DNA from: Carcharhinus longimanus
Lineage: Eukaryota
Direction of reading: 5' to 3'
Assembly: GCA_030264375.1 (NCBI GenBank)
Contig: JASCQW010000072.1
Span: forward strand, 54,618,822-54,682,821
DNA length: 64,000 nucleotides
Shown: piece after piece, positions 52,243-64,000 of the stretch
Layout of the letters: each line of letters starts with the position of its first letter
Numbering within the stretch: position 1 is the first letter of the stretch
Notes under the pieces: generated by a model
What the model was told of the DNA's origin: nothing
The model's database searches: none
The model's input: the letters and a program-made list of their open reading frames with translations, nothing else
Translations under genes and position numbers: made by a program

Positions 52243-54220
52243 ATCACTAAGGGGAAGGTTCTGGAGAAACCGAAAGTTCTGAAGGTGGATAAATCACCTG
52301 GACTGATGGACTACAGTCCAGCATTCTAAAACAGGTAGCTGAAGAAATTGTGGAGGCATTGGTGGTGATCTTTCAGGAATCACTGAAAGCAGAGAAGATC
52401 CCAGAGGATTGGAAAGTAGATAATGTAACATCGCTGTTTAAGAAGGGAGGGAGACAGCAGATGGGAAATTATAAGCCAGTTAGATTGACTTCGGTCACCG
52501 GCAAGATTTTAGAGTACATTATTAAAGATGAGATCACGGAGTACTTGGAAGTGCACGATAAAATAGGACTGAGTCAGCACGGCTTCGTCAAGGGGAGATC
52601 ATATCTGACAAATCAGAAAGTGTTCTTTGGGGAAGGAAGTTGGATAAAGGAGAACAAGTGGACATGATTTATTTAGATTTCCAGAAGGCCTTTGACAAGA
52701 TGCCACATAGGAGACTGTTAAATATGTTAAGAGCCATGATGTTAAGGGTAAGATCCTGGCATAGATAGAGGATTGGCTGACTGGCAGAAGGCAGAGAGTG
52801 GGGATAAAGGGGCCTTTTTCAGGATGGCAGCCAATGACTAGTGGTGTGCTCAGGGATTGGTGCTGGGACCACAATTTTTCACAATATACATTAAGGATTT
52901 GGAAGAAGGAACTGAAGACAGTGTTGCTAAGTTTGTAGATGACACAAAGGTACGTGGAGGGACAAGTAGTATTGAGGAAGTGGGGGGGCTGCAGAAGGAC
53001 TTGGACAGGCTAGGAGAGTGGGCAAAGAAGTGGCAAATGGAATACAATGTGGAAAAGTGCAAGGTTATGCATTTGGGAAGGAGGAATGGAGGCATGGACT
53101 ATTTTCTAAATGGGAAATGCTTAGGAAATCAGAAATACAAAAGGTCTTGGAAGTCAAACAACAAAGAAAATTACAGCACAGGAACAGGCCCTTCGCCCTC
53201 CAAGGCTGCACCGACCATACTGTCCAACTGAACTAAAACCTTCCGGGGACCATATTCCCCTATTCCTATCCTATTCATGTATTTGTCCAGATGCCCCTTA
53301 AAACTCACTATTGTATCTGCTTCTGCTATCTCCCCCGGCAGCGAGTTCCAGGCACCCACCACTCTCTGTGTAAAAACACTTGCCTCGTACATCCCCTTTA
53401 AACATTGCCCCTCGCACCTTAAACCTGTGCCCCCTAGTAATTGACTCTTCCACCCTGGGAAAAAGCTTCTGATGATCCATAGCTCTTCACCTTGGGCAAA
53501 AGCTTCTGACTATCCAGTCAGTCCTTGTTCAAGATTCTCTTGAGGTTAATGTTTAGGTTCAGTTGGCAGTTAGGAAGGCAAATACAATATTAGCATTCAT
53601 GTTATGAGCGCTAGAATAGAAGAGCAAGGATGTACTTCTGAGGCTGTATAAGGCTCTGGTCAGACTCTATTTGGACTATTGTGAACAGTTTTAGGTCGTG
53701 TATCTATGGTAGGATGTGCTGGCCTTGGAAAGGGTCCAGAGGAGGTTCACAAAAATGATCCCTGGAATGAAGAGCTTGTTGTATGAATAATGGTTGAGGA
53801 CTCTGGGTCTGTACTCGTTGGAGTTGAGAAGGATGGGGGGGATGGGATTCTATTGAAACTTACAGGATATTACAAGGTCTGGATAGAGTGGACATGGAGA
53901 GGATGTTTCTACTAGTAGGAAAACTGGAACCAGAGGGCACAACCTCAGGCTAAAGGGATGATCCTTTAAAGCAGAGATGAGGAGGAATTTCTCCAGCCAG
54001 AGCATGGTGAATGTGTGGAATTCTTTGCTGCAGAAGGCTGTGGAGGCCGGTCATTGAGTTTCTTTAAGACAGAGATAGATAGGTGATTAATAAGGGGATC
54101 AGGAGTTACAGTGAAAAGGCAGGAGAATGAGGATGAGAAAAATATCAACCACGATTGAATGGTGGAACAGGCTCAATGGGCAGAGTGGCCTAATTCTACT
54201 CCTATGTCTTATGGTCTTAC
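52243..54220 (+). mobile_element. 5'-truncated CR1 LINE (RT domain, frameshifted) with a nested antisense HER1-type 3' fragment at ~53157-53516
   Basis: IPEDWKVDNVTSLFKKG...NYKPVRLTS...QHGFVKGRS; LGPQFFTIYIKDL...KFVDDTK...WAKKWQMEYNVEKCKVMH; the nested minus-strand piece reads FTQRVVGAWNSLP. Confidence 0.92.
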
Positions 54221-54284
54221 TGACCAGTAAGTCTCATATCTGTGGTTAGGAAATACTGGAGAAGATTCTGAAGGAGAGAAGCTA

Positions 54285-55372
54285 CCTCCATTTGGAGAAG
54301 CAAGGATAGTCAGCCTGATAGAGGGAGGTCATGCCTAACAAATTTGATAGAATTTTTTTGAGCATGTAATCAATTGTGTGGATAAGGACAGTGCAGTTGA
54401 TGTAGTTTACATGGATTTCACGAAGCCTTTGACAAAGTCCCACATGGGACAGTTATTAAGAAGGCTAATGCGCATGGGATACAGGGTGATCTGATAAGGT
54501 GGATTCATAATTGGCTTAGCTGTAGGAAGCAGAGGGTGGTGACAGAAGGCTGTTTTAATGACTGGAGGCCAGTGACCAGTGGCATAGCCAGGGATCCATT
54601 CACCATCCCCTATTGTTCATCATTTATATAAATGACATAGATAATTATGTGGGAGGGTGGGATCAGTAAGTTTGCCGATGACACAAAGATTGGCCGGGTG
54701 GTTAACAGTGAGGCTGAGTGTCTTGGGTTACAGGAATATAGAACATAGAACATAGAACATTACAGCGCAGAACAGGCCCTTCGGCCCACGATGTTGCGCC
54801 GACCAGTTACNNNNNNNNNNNNNNNNNNNNNNNNNNNNNNNNNNNNNNNNNNNNNNNNNNNNNNNNNNNNNNNNNNNNNNNNNNNNNNNNNNNNNNNNNN
54901 NNNNNNNNNNGAGGTTCACAAAAATGATTCCTGGAATGAAGCACTTGTTGTATGAGGAACAGCTGAGGACTCTGGGTCTGTACTTGTTGGGGGGGGGTAT
55001 CTCATTGAAACTTAAAGGATACTGCGACGCCTTCATAGAATGAAGGTGGAGAGGACGTTTCCACTGGTAGGAAAAACTAGAACCAGAGGGCACAACTTCA
55101 AGCTAAAGGGACAATCCTTTAAAACAGAGATAAGGAGGAATTTCTTCAGCCAGGGAGTGGTGAATCTGTAGAACTCTTTGCCCCAGAAAGCTGTGGAGAC
55201 CAGGCCACTGAGTGTCTTTAAGACAGAAATAGATAGGTTCTTGATTAATAAGGGGATCAGGGGTTATGAGGAAAAGGCAGGAGAACGGGGATGAGAAAAT
55301 ATCAGCCATGATTGAATGGCGGAGCAGACCAGATGGACCGAGTGGCCTAATTCTGCTGCTAGGGCTTATGAA
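54285..55372 (+). mobile_element. cluster of CR1 fragments around a gap
   Basis: RT motifs (VYMDF..AFDKVPH, FADDTK) at 54300-54740; (ATAGAAC)n tail at 54738-54759; 54911-55372 resembles 53741-54220. Confidence 0.85.
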
Positions 55373-55750
55373 ATAGCCTATTGCTATGCTGTACATCATA
55401 TGCAACATAGGACAGTAAGGCAGAAAAGTAGGAGGTTCGTGCTGTTGAACATGCACAAACCTCCTATTTTAAACTGTGCACCAATCTTGAACTATGCACC
55501 AATGTTTGAATTGTTTCAATCTAGACTTTGTACTCAAGCCTTTGGAATAGGACTTGAACCCTGAACCTTAACTCTGAAGGCAAGAGTGCCAACCACTGAG
55601 CCATGAATCATAGGCATTGAAAACATGAAGCCACAAATAATCAAGACGAGATTATCAATGGAAATAATGATGAAGAGATCAAAATCACACAACTATCAAT
55701 CAATTTGGCAAGGTATGGTATTTGACCCGATATCCAATCCTATTAAATCA

Positions 55751-55957
<207 letters not shown>

Positions 55958-58038
55958 TTATGGTTCTGCATGCATTGACAGCTCTCCAGTATCTTACACT
56001 AGCCCTCTGCAAGCTCAGATAATAAGTGCCACCTGGCAACTGGACAGAAGGGGCCACAAGATAGTATCCAAGAATGGAAGCTCCAGTTCCCCTCCTTGCC
56101 GTATGCATGGGCATTGAGCACAAGTCCAAAATCTTCCCATCTCATCAACTGTCAAGATCAACAAACATAGGAAGCAAGAATTAGATATCTGGGGCACGAT
56201 TTCTGTGTGCTGAATTGGGTCAGAGCAGAGGTGAGCAACTAAAAAAATGGCGTCAACATCATCCATGATTGTATCACTTTCCATTCCTACCTCTGTTAAT
56301 TTTCACGAAGGTGGGAAGACAGCGAGATAAGGGCAGGGAAGTGAAATCATCTACATCTTTACTTAGGGCATTTCAGCAATTAAGCAGCTAGTTAAGTGCT
56401 TGTCTTCTAAGTTATTGAATTTTTTGCTAAACCAGGTAGCTGTTAGGAGCTGTGTAAAGCTGATCAACTCCAGCCTATTGTGAACAAGGTCAAGGTCATG
56501 AAAAATGTTATATTTGAACAAAGTGGAAGTTTTAAAGAAAATTTATGCCACAGCAATGGAATTTTAATAAGGCTAATATTCTCCTACTCTATTCCAGGCT
56601 GCAGCTTTCCATGGCCCAAGTCAATATGAAGATTCAGATATGCAGGTAACAGCTGCAGCAATGGTTACGAGTCAGGCCACAATGTGGCCTACCTCGCCAG
56701 AGTCCTGCTTTCATTTCAACTCATCACTAATCAGGTGCCTCTCCCGACTCCCATCGATTAACCCCTTGCTTCCACCAGAGTCTGAAACTTCACAACCTAG
56801 GAACAAACTGCCTCTCGAATCCCACCTCCTCAGCCAAAATTCAATCCTTGAGACCTTTGGTGATAACACAGTCCTTTCAGTTAGATGTAGATCTGTGCTA
56901 TTTTACACTAACCCCTCCAACGGCCTTCACACCAAGCTACCACATTTTCCTTACCAGCGGCAAACTGGGCACAGATCAAAGCAACTTGAAATGAATATAA
57001 CTCAACAGGCCAAAAAAAAAAAGATTTATAGAAAGCGAAAATGCAGCTCAACAAACAAGAGAAAAACCAGATAAAAGTATATAACATTACTTTATAACAG
57101 TGACTACACTTTCAAGGTGCTTCATTGGCTGTAAAGTTCTTTGGAATTTTCTGCAGTTGTGAAGGGTACTATGTTAATGCAAATCCTCCTTCTTTAGATA
57201 CTTGGAAAGATAGAACTATATCCATAGGTAAGCTATATCCATAGGTATATATAGATCCAAATGGATAGACAGGGATTTGTAAACAGCTAAATATAGATCT
57301 TTGATTCAGTATGAACTGTTCAAATTGGAGTTGTATTTCCATGTGATCCAAACCAGAATTCAAATTACAGCTCCTACAACCTCCATGCAGCCCAAGATCT
57401 TCTAACGCTGATATTAATTTGGTAAATAAATAGCATTCTCGCACCATGATTGCATTTTGTTTATTATTATGTGCAGAAGGTTACTTATAATTTCCCCCTG
57501 CTCTTCTATTTCCACAACACCATTCCATGATAGGGAGTTGGACTGAGTATTGTTTTNNNNNNNNNNGTTTTCCTGATCTAAGCCATCTCAGATCTGAACA
57601 AGGAGTTTCAACTGATCAAATCATTTCCTGCTCACCCTTATTACATAGAACGTGTGATTGGGTCATAACCTTTAGGGTTATTTAATTCTGTAGTGTTCCT
57701 GATTAATCCTGTGATGATGGGTCACATCGTCAGCCTCCAGGTAAAAGGATCAAGTTTCTGCAACACTGGGCTTTGTTTCTATTTACCTTCAGCACGAGTT
57801 ATTAAATAATGCGGCTCAGGGATACTATAACCTGTTAATAAAATGAAAGTTAAAAGCTGCCCTCTGACTCAGCTAGCGAGGCAGTAAGTGAAGGAAGGAC
57901 AGAACAGTAAATGCCTAAAACCATCTCATTTGTATGACTACAATCTCAGCTAGGACAGTGGTTAGACCACCACAATCAACCTTGTTGCCTCTAGAGAAGG
58001 GAAAATCAAACAACTTCACTCACCTATTGAAAGTGGGT

Positions 58039-58273
58039 ACAGGAAGAAGTCTCACAAAGCCAGGTTAAAGTCCAACATGTTTATTTGGAATCATGAGCTT
58101 TCAGAGCACTGCTTCTTTATCAAGTGAGTCATTAGAGCTTGACTCACCTGATGAAGGAGCAGCACTCTGAAAGCTTGTGATTCCAAATAAACCTGTTGAA
58201 CTTTAACCTGGTGATATAAGACTTCTTACTTTGCCCATTCCAGTCCAACACCAGCACCTCCACATCATGGTTA
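58039..58273. mobile_element. Penelope-like palindromic insertion with tail and TSD
   Basis: 88-bp arms 58044-58131 and 58140-58227, 8-nt loop, ~45-nt tail; TSD CTATTG(A/G)AAGTGGGT at 58024-58038 and 58274-58288. Confidence 0.88.
58141..58183 (+). ncRNA. minimal type I hammerhead ribozyme motif
   Basis: GACUCAC-CUGAUGA-A-GGAG(CAGCA)CUCU-GAA-AGCU-U-GUGAUUC: intact core boxes, stem I UCAC/GUGA, 4-bp stem II, palindromic AGCU stem III. Confidence 0.7.
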
Positions 58274-61269
58274 CTATTGGAAGTGGGTGAGGAGGAAAAG
58301 AATATGTAGTCAATTCAGGATTGTGCTATATAAAATTATGTAACAAAAGAAAATAGTGAGCAAGGAAATAATGGCTCAACATTTTTTCCCTTTCCTTATT
58401 TGATCAGTGTTTTTAATTCTGGGTTGCCATTTAAGATCAGATTCTCTCCAAACCTGAGCTCAAATCCATAACCTTCAAGTCTCTGGATGATGAAGAAGAT
58501 GAGGTTGGTTGTGTTCGTGTGTGAGTCAACTTGCCTGCCTCTGTTCATATGTCCAGACACTAGACACATGAACACTAGTTACTTGGGCATACTCCATCAA
58601 GGGCCAACACAGTCAAGCTTCAGGGTGGGGAACCTTGGCTGGAGAAACTACTGCAAGTAGTTTCCTGAAACCTAGATTAGATCAGCCAGCATCCTTTTCT
58701 GAACGAGTTGGGGGTAGGGGGGTGCAGGATAAACTTGTTCAACAAGGTAACAAGCAAAGGTGCAGAATGGTCAGAATGTAAGGTTGGATGAATGAGGTTG
58801 GATTTTTTGCTCAGGTTTCGTGATCATGCATTGTATTATTTAAGATCAAGTTTTTCTCAGGAGATTAAATGGACCAGATTCAACTGATGATTGGTTAGAT
58901 GTTACATGATCTGTCAAAACTATTCCTTATTTTGTTCTGTGAATATTCCGACACATTGCTGTTCCCTAATAGCATTCTAATCAGTCTAGATCTGACCTGC
59001 CCTGTTAACTCTTTGGCCTGGATTTTCATCCTTGAGGTGCGGGGGGGTGGGAATTGGGAAAATTTGTGACTCGGTCTGCCCACCTTGACACAAAGTGCCC
59101 ACATAGGTGTTACCTTCATTGCCAGGGGTGGTTAGAGCCAGGCCAGTTGACCCAGGAAAAGGTTTGAAGGTAACCACAGGTATGTATCCAGAAATGGGCT
59201 GGTTAAAAGGTAGTGAGACTTCATCTCAGCTAAAATAAGAACACAGAGACTCTCCAGCCTCCTCAATCACTCCCCACGCCCCATCCATTCACCTCATGCC
59301 TCCCACCCATCCTTTATGGCTCCTCCTGCCCCGATGCCTAGCTCTGCCCGTGTCTCTAAATGTTCCCCATGCCAAGCTGTGGCATTTCCATGCCTTATTG
59401 GTTTTTTCAGTGCATTGTGGGTCAGCAAATGCTATTGTGACAATAGGACGTTAAAAACAGTTTTTCAAAAATAATTAATTCATAACTTTCTCTTATGTTT
59501 GGAAAAAGGTCATTTCACTATAAGCTAAAAATGTCAACCATCCAAACCTCATAAAGTATTAGTAACAAAATCCACAAACCCTTGAAACCACTTAAGGTTG
59601 TGTAAACCATTGTGAAAGTAACAGCCGAGATCAGACAGCTTGAACTGTCAAACAAACATCTTTTTCCCCAGGATTCAGGTGTTTCAGTAAGCTCTGCCCA
59701 TGTCCAGGTTCTCAGTTAAGCCTCATTATTATATGAACCACAACACATTAAAGACCTGCCCAACTCCAGAAAAATTGTAGAGAAGTAGGCCATAATGGAG
59801 ACATCCAGATAGGCAGTACTGGATGTGGTCTTTTGCCAGGGACCAGCCCACACCCTTTAAAGACACTTCTAAAAACCAGACAGCCTGGGAATGGAGTCAG
59901 AAATTTCAGAATTTGGACCCCTCCACCATTTTTAAAGGGCTGCCGAGTCATTTGGAGCTAATCCAGACCTATGTCTCCGGAAGTGAATAGTTCATTTGAA
60001 GTAATAGGAGATTGGTGTGTGAGCGTATATTCTGAAACATTGAAGCATTGACGAGTATCAGAAAAACTCATGAGAATTTAACCACCCAACTGTAATCTCT
60101 CCTCGCAGGCTCAGTCACCTCCTCAGCTTCCAGTTGCCTTAGTCTCACTCAATCTTGCCATCGTCCCAGCCTTGACCAATTCCAACACCTTCCTAGAACT
60201 AACATCCCCACACCCTCCTCTGCAGTTTAATTAGAGCAGGTGGTGGGTTGGCTCATTATTTATCACAGCAAGAACTACCAAAATGAGCGAACCCTCAATT
60301 CAGTCACATCTCAAACTGCGTTCTCTAGTTAAGAAGCACTAGCCCAACTGCCATTTCATTGTTTAACATTTTCCTTTGCTACCCAACATCTTACAGTACA
60401 AGCCTGACCTATCCTCCTCACCAAATATTGAAATCATTTTTAGTCTCAATGCAAAAGATGTCCACCATGTATGGACTGCATTGTAAAAGCAGCAAAGCAT
60501 CTGGGACCAATCTGCATCCACTTAGTTTTCCCTATCAGCGCAGATTCATAAACTGGTGGCACAGTAAATACATAGTTGCATCAGCTGCCAACATTTCAAA
60601 CCTTTGGAACAGCTGTAAAATGTCTCATTAGATTTTGTTCATCCATTTGAGCTTAGTCTGCAACAACCCAAATAGATTGAGAATACTTTAACTGGCAAAT
60701 AGAAAATTACAGCACTGGAGATAATACTCTTGATTTTTTTCAGTGTAAGTGGAGCATCAGAGAACAGTGAGCCGCCAGACTCTCCAGCATCCTGGATAAA
60801 CGTTCATCCCATACTATTGGTTCTATGTCTTCTTTCTCGGTCAACCATGTGAAATGTGGTTGGAACATCTTCAGTTTAGATCTTACAGGTAAAAGTCCAT
60901 ATAACCAATTGTCCCTAATTTGTACGCTAAATACAGAATTGTTCAGTCGATTACAATATTTATGCTTCATATGAACCATCTCCTACCTTATTTCATCTCA
61001 AAATATTACTCTATTTCTTTCTTCTTCATGTACTCATCTAACAGCACCAGATGCAGAACCAGTGCTTCATGATATTTGGATTGTTCAGGTATATGTGATG
61101 TTTTCAGTGTCAAGAGGCTCACACCACATACGGGCCCTTACTCACAGTGAATGAATGCCTGGCCATATACAAAAGTTGTCTCATTCTAAAAATTAGAATA
61201 GAATACCCGCAGTAGTGTATTTTGCCCATGAAATCTCTTGTGTCACCCTAGTCTTTGGATAGTATACGT

Positions 61270-61740
61270 ACAACCAGATTATCAACCTCTAAATTTATCA
61301 CTTTCAAATATGTATCCAACTCTCTTTTGAAACCTCCTGTGGAATCCGACTCCACCATTCTCCAGGTAGTGCATTCCAAATCTCAATTAACTCTGAGTAA
61401 AGAAGTTTCTCTTCTTTTCACTCCTAGGTCTCTTGCTGACCATCTTGAAATTGTGACTCCCAAGTCACTTACATACCAACTAGTGAAAACAGAATATCCT
61501 TCTTTACCTTGTCAAAATTGTTCATAATTTTGAACATCTCAATAAGGTCATCTCTTAAACTTCTCTGCTCCAAGGAGAATAAGCCCAATTTTCTAATCTT
61601 TCCTTGTATCTAAAATTCCTCATTCCTAGTATCATTCTAGTAAATCTGTTTTGTATTCTCTCTGGGGCTTAACATCCTTCCTTAAATAAGGTGCCCACAA
61701 CTGAACACAACACTCCAAGTGTAGTCTAAATCAACATAGC
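61270..61740 (-). mobile_element. old CR1 LINE 3' fragment
   Basis: Reverse complement reads LHLECCVQLWAPYLRKDV and GLFSLEQR.LR.DLIE. Confidence 0.75.
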
Positions 61741-63234
61741 CTTCCATTTCTTTCTCTGTCATGTATTTAACCAGCTTCCCTTTATTAAATGTGTCAAAAT
61801 CTTGGTGTAAGGCTAACTGATAAACTTGAGGTTGTGAGTTCAATTCATATCAACTTATCAGCATTAAGAGTCCTTTCTAAAGTTAGACCATCCACTGGCC
61901 ACAAGAACCCAAACCTGTCTTCAGGACTAACCAAAAATTTCAGTGCAAGTGTGAGTGCTCTCCCAATGCAGAGAGTTCAAGTCTGCAGTCACTAATTCAA
62001 AGTGCCCTCATGATAATCGTTCTGTCATTACAGAATAATTTTATAATTCTATATTGAATTATAGANNNNNNNNNNTCAGTCCATTGTCAGTCCCAGCTCT
62101 TTGAAAGAACTATTCAGGTGGTCCCACTTTCCTGCTCTTTCCCCATAGCTCTGAATTATAAAATAAAATGCTTAAATTAAGATTTCAATGATTTTAAACT
62201 GAATGAATTTCACAAAGAGGTGGGATGCATTTTTACCCAGCAGACACTTCTGAAAATGGAGCTTAAAATTGGAAAGAAAAGGATAGATTTGATTTAAAAT
62301 AATATGAAGGAATTGAGATGCAAGAAAAGGAGATATAGAGAAGGATTCTGCAAAACCTGAAAGAGGTAGGTTCAAGTTGCTGCGATGTCATTTGTTAGAA
62401 GAGGGTGGTCAATATAAGGAAATCAGCATAGTGTCAATGAGCCTTCAAACAAGATACCCTGTAGCTCCCACTTCAAAAATAATCCTTTCCTCACCAACTC
62501 TCATGTAAACACTACCTGACTCCAAGCAGGAATCTACAGGAAATGAACCTAGAGTTACAGATGCATTTCCGAGTAATCTCCTCAATGATGCCTCCTTTGG
62601 GAACAATGTGAAATTACTGAGAAGCTATTCCAGTTTGTAAAAATGCTTTGTTTTAATCACATAAGGGGAGCGTACAGCAGCTCAGTCTCAGAAAATGAAA
62701 GCCGTTAAATTAATTTACATTTTACATGGGAATAAAGACACAATTTGTAGGTCTGGTCTAATGAAAAATCCCATTTGAAATGTTAATTCTAGGTTAACCA
62801 ATAGCCATTTAAAAAAGTCAAGATCAGAACCAACCGAGATCTTGTTTATGCAGCCTGATTGATATTTGCGATGGCTTGCTGCAAAGGTTAAATTTGATTT
62901 CTTGCTTCAAATGTGTTATCATAAAAGGCAAAGCCAGTCCCTGAGATTGAATGACATTTTTTGTTTTAAATCGAGCATCCTGCATTAGATACACAATGGA
63001 GCTACCTCTATCCACCCCAGCTAGTTTCCCCAAAGCTGATTGCAAAGTTTTCAATTTCCTGATTTCTTTGAATAAGATTACCACATTAAATTTTATGCTT
63101 CCAATAAAAGTTGCAATCTTCCATGACTTGTTTTCAGGATGCAATCTAGATTAAGAATACAAAGTGGTATTGTCATAACTGTCCCCTTGTTGAATTGCCT
63201 AGCAATCCTTGACAGCAATAACTGTTACTACGGT

Positions 63235-63672
63235 GTGCTGCTGTACCAGAATGGTCAGGATTAGGATAATATTCTAACTCGCACCAAGTCCTAATCGTCC
63301 AACATTCTGTGCTTGTTAACTGCCTAATTTGGCAACACCTCAATTTAGAATTTCTCGTTCTGTTTTGCCCCGACCTCTGTAACGTCCTCTAGCCCTATAA
63401 CCAAACCTCTGCAATTCCTGCACTCCTCCAATTCTAGCCTCATGTTCATTTTCCATTTGCCCAGCTGTGATTACGGCAGTTTACAAGCCTTAAATTCTGT
63501 AATTCCCTCTTAAAGCTCTCTTCCCTTCCTTCTTGAAGAAGGTTCACAAAACCAGTCTTTGACTAATATCTTCACAATGACACGATATTGAATTGTACTT
63601 GATAATGCTCCTGTGAAGTGCCTTGGGATGTTTAACTGCGTTAAAGGTGACATATAAATACAGGCTGCTATT
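63235..63672 (+). mobile_element. L2-like 3' fragment
   Basis: Ends TGATAATGCTCCTGTGAAGTGCCTTGGGATGTTTAACTGCGTTAAAGGTG..ATAAATAC, like other L2-type tails in the window (e.g. 12720-12785). Confidence 0.55.
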
Positions 63673-64000
63673 TGGGGTACCACAATTACCTGAAGGACAG
63701 GCTCAGGAAAAGCGAGTGGGGTGGTGGGAAAGTGAGGAAGTGGTGGTTTTGGATTGGACAGGATAAGCATTCTCCAGAATAGCGGTGACTATAGCAAAGT
63801 CGGGGTTACACTGATGATCCCAAGCAGATAGAGATAGTAAAACACTGGAGAATAGTGAAATAGCACTAGAGAGGATCAGATTAGCAGCATTGCAGTTTAT
63901 AAGTGATGCAGTGATAAAATGCATTTGCAGATAACATCTCCAAGAATACTAATGTTGCTCCTGCAATGATCAACTGTTTCCCTAACTAAAGTTTTGCCTT

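Noticed and set aside
53440-53520. CTGATGA near a short duplication, resembling a hammerhead core
   Set aside because: No properly placed stem II and GAAA; it is a ~37-bp duplication at the truncation point of a nested LINE.

Overview
Eukaryotic, repeat-rich, intron-dominated DNA with assembly gaps (N runs). The repeat families (HE1-like and Deu-domain SINEs, CR1/HER1 LINEs) point to a cartilaginous fish, probably a shark (inference). The only host gene is HIPK2 (homeodomain-interacting protein kinase 2) on the minus strand. Twelve consecutive coding exons, equivalent to human exons 3-14, were traced by hand from 55877 down to 1611; all have AG/GT boundaries and compatible phases. The large kinase exon 2 and the last exon lie outside the window. 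Introns hold CR1, L2 and Rex1 LINE fragments, SINEs, Harbinger fossils and MITEs, and a 44-bp minisatellite. The most notable observations are: (1) palindromic Penelope-like insertions with target-site duplications that carry minimal hammerhead ribozyme motifs, including a U3-A8 covariant core; (2) a 50-bp tandem amplification of the exon 7 3' end and its splice donor; (3) direct repeats flanking alternatively spliced exon 8; (4) several substitutions at usually conserved kinase-domain residues. Most ORF-track entries are spurious or transposon-derived. Repeat boundaries are approximate, and family names and comparisons to human HIPK2 come from recall, not from a database search.
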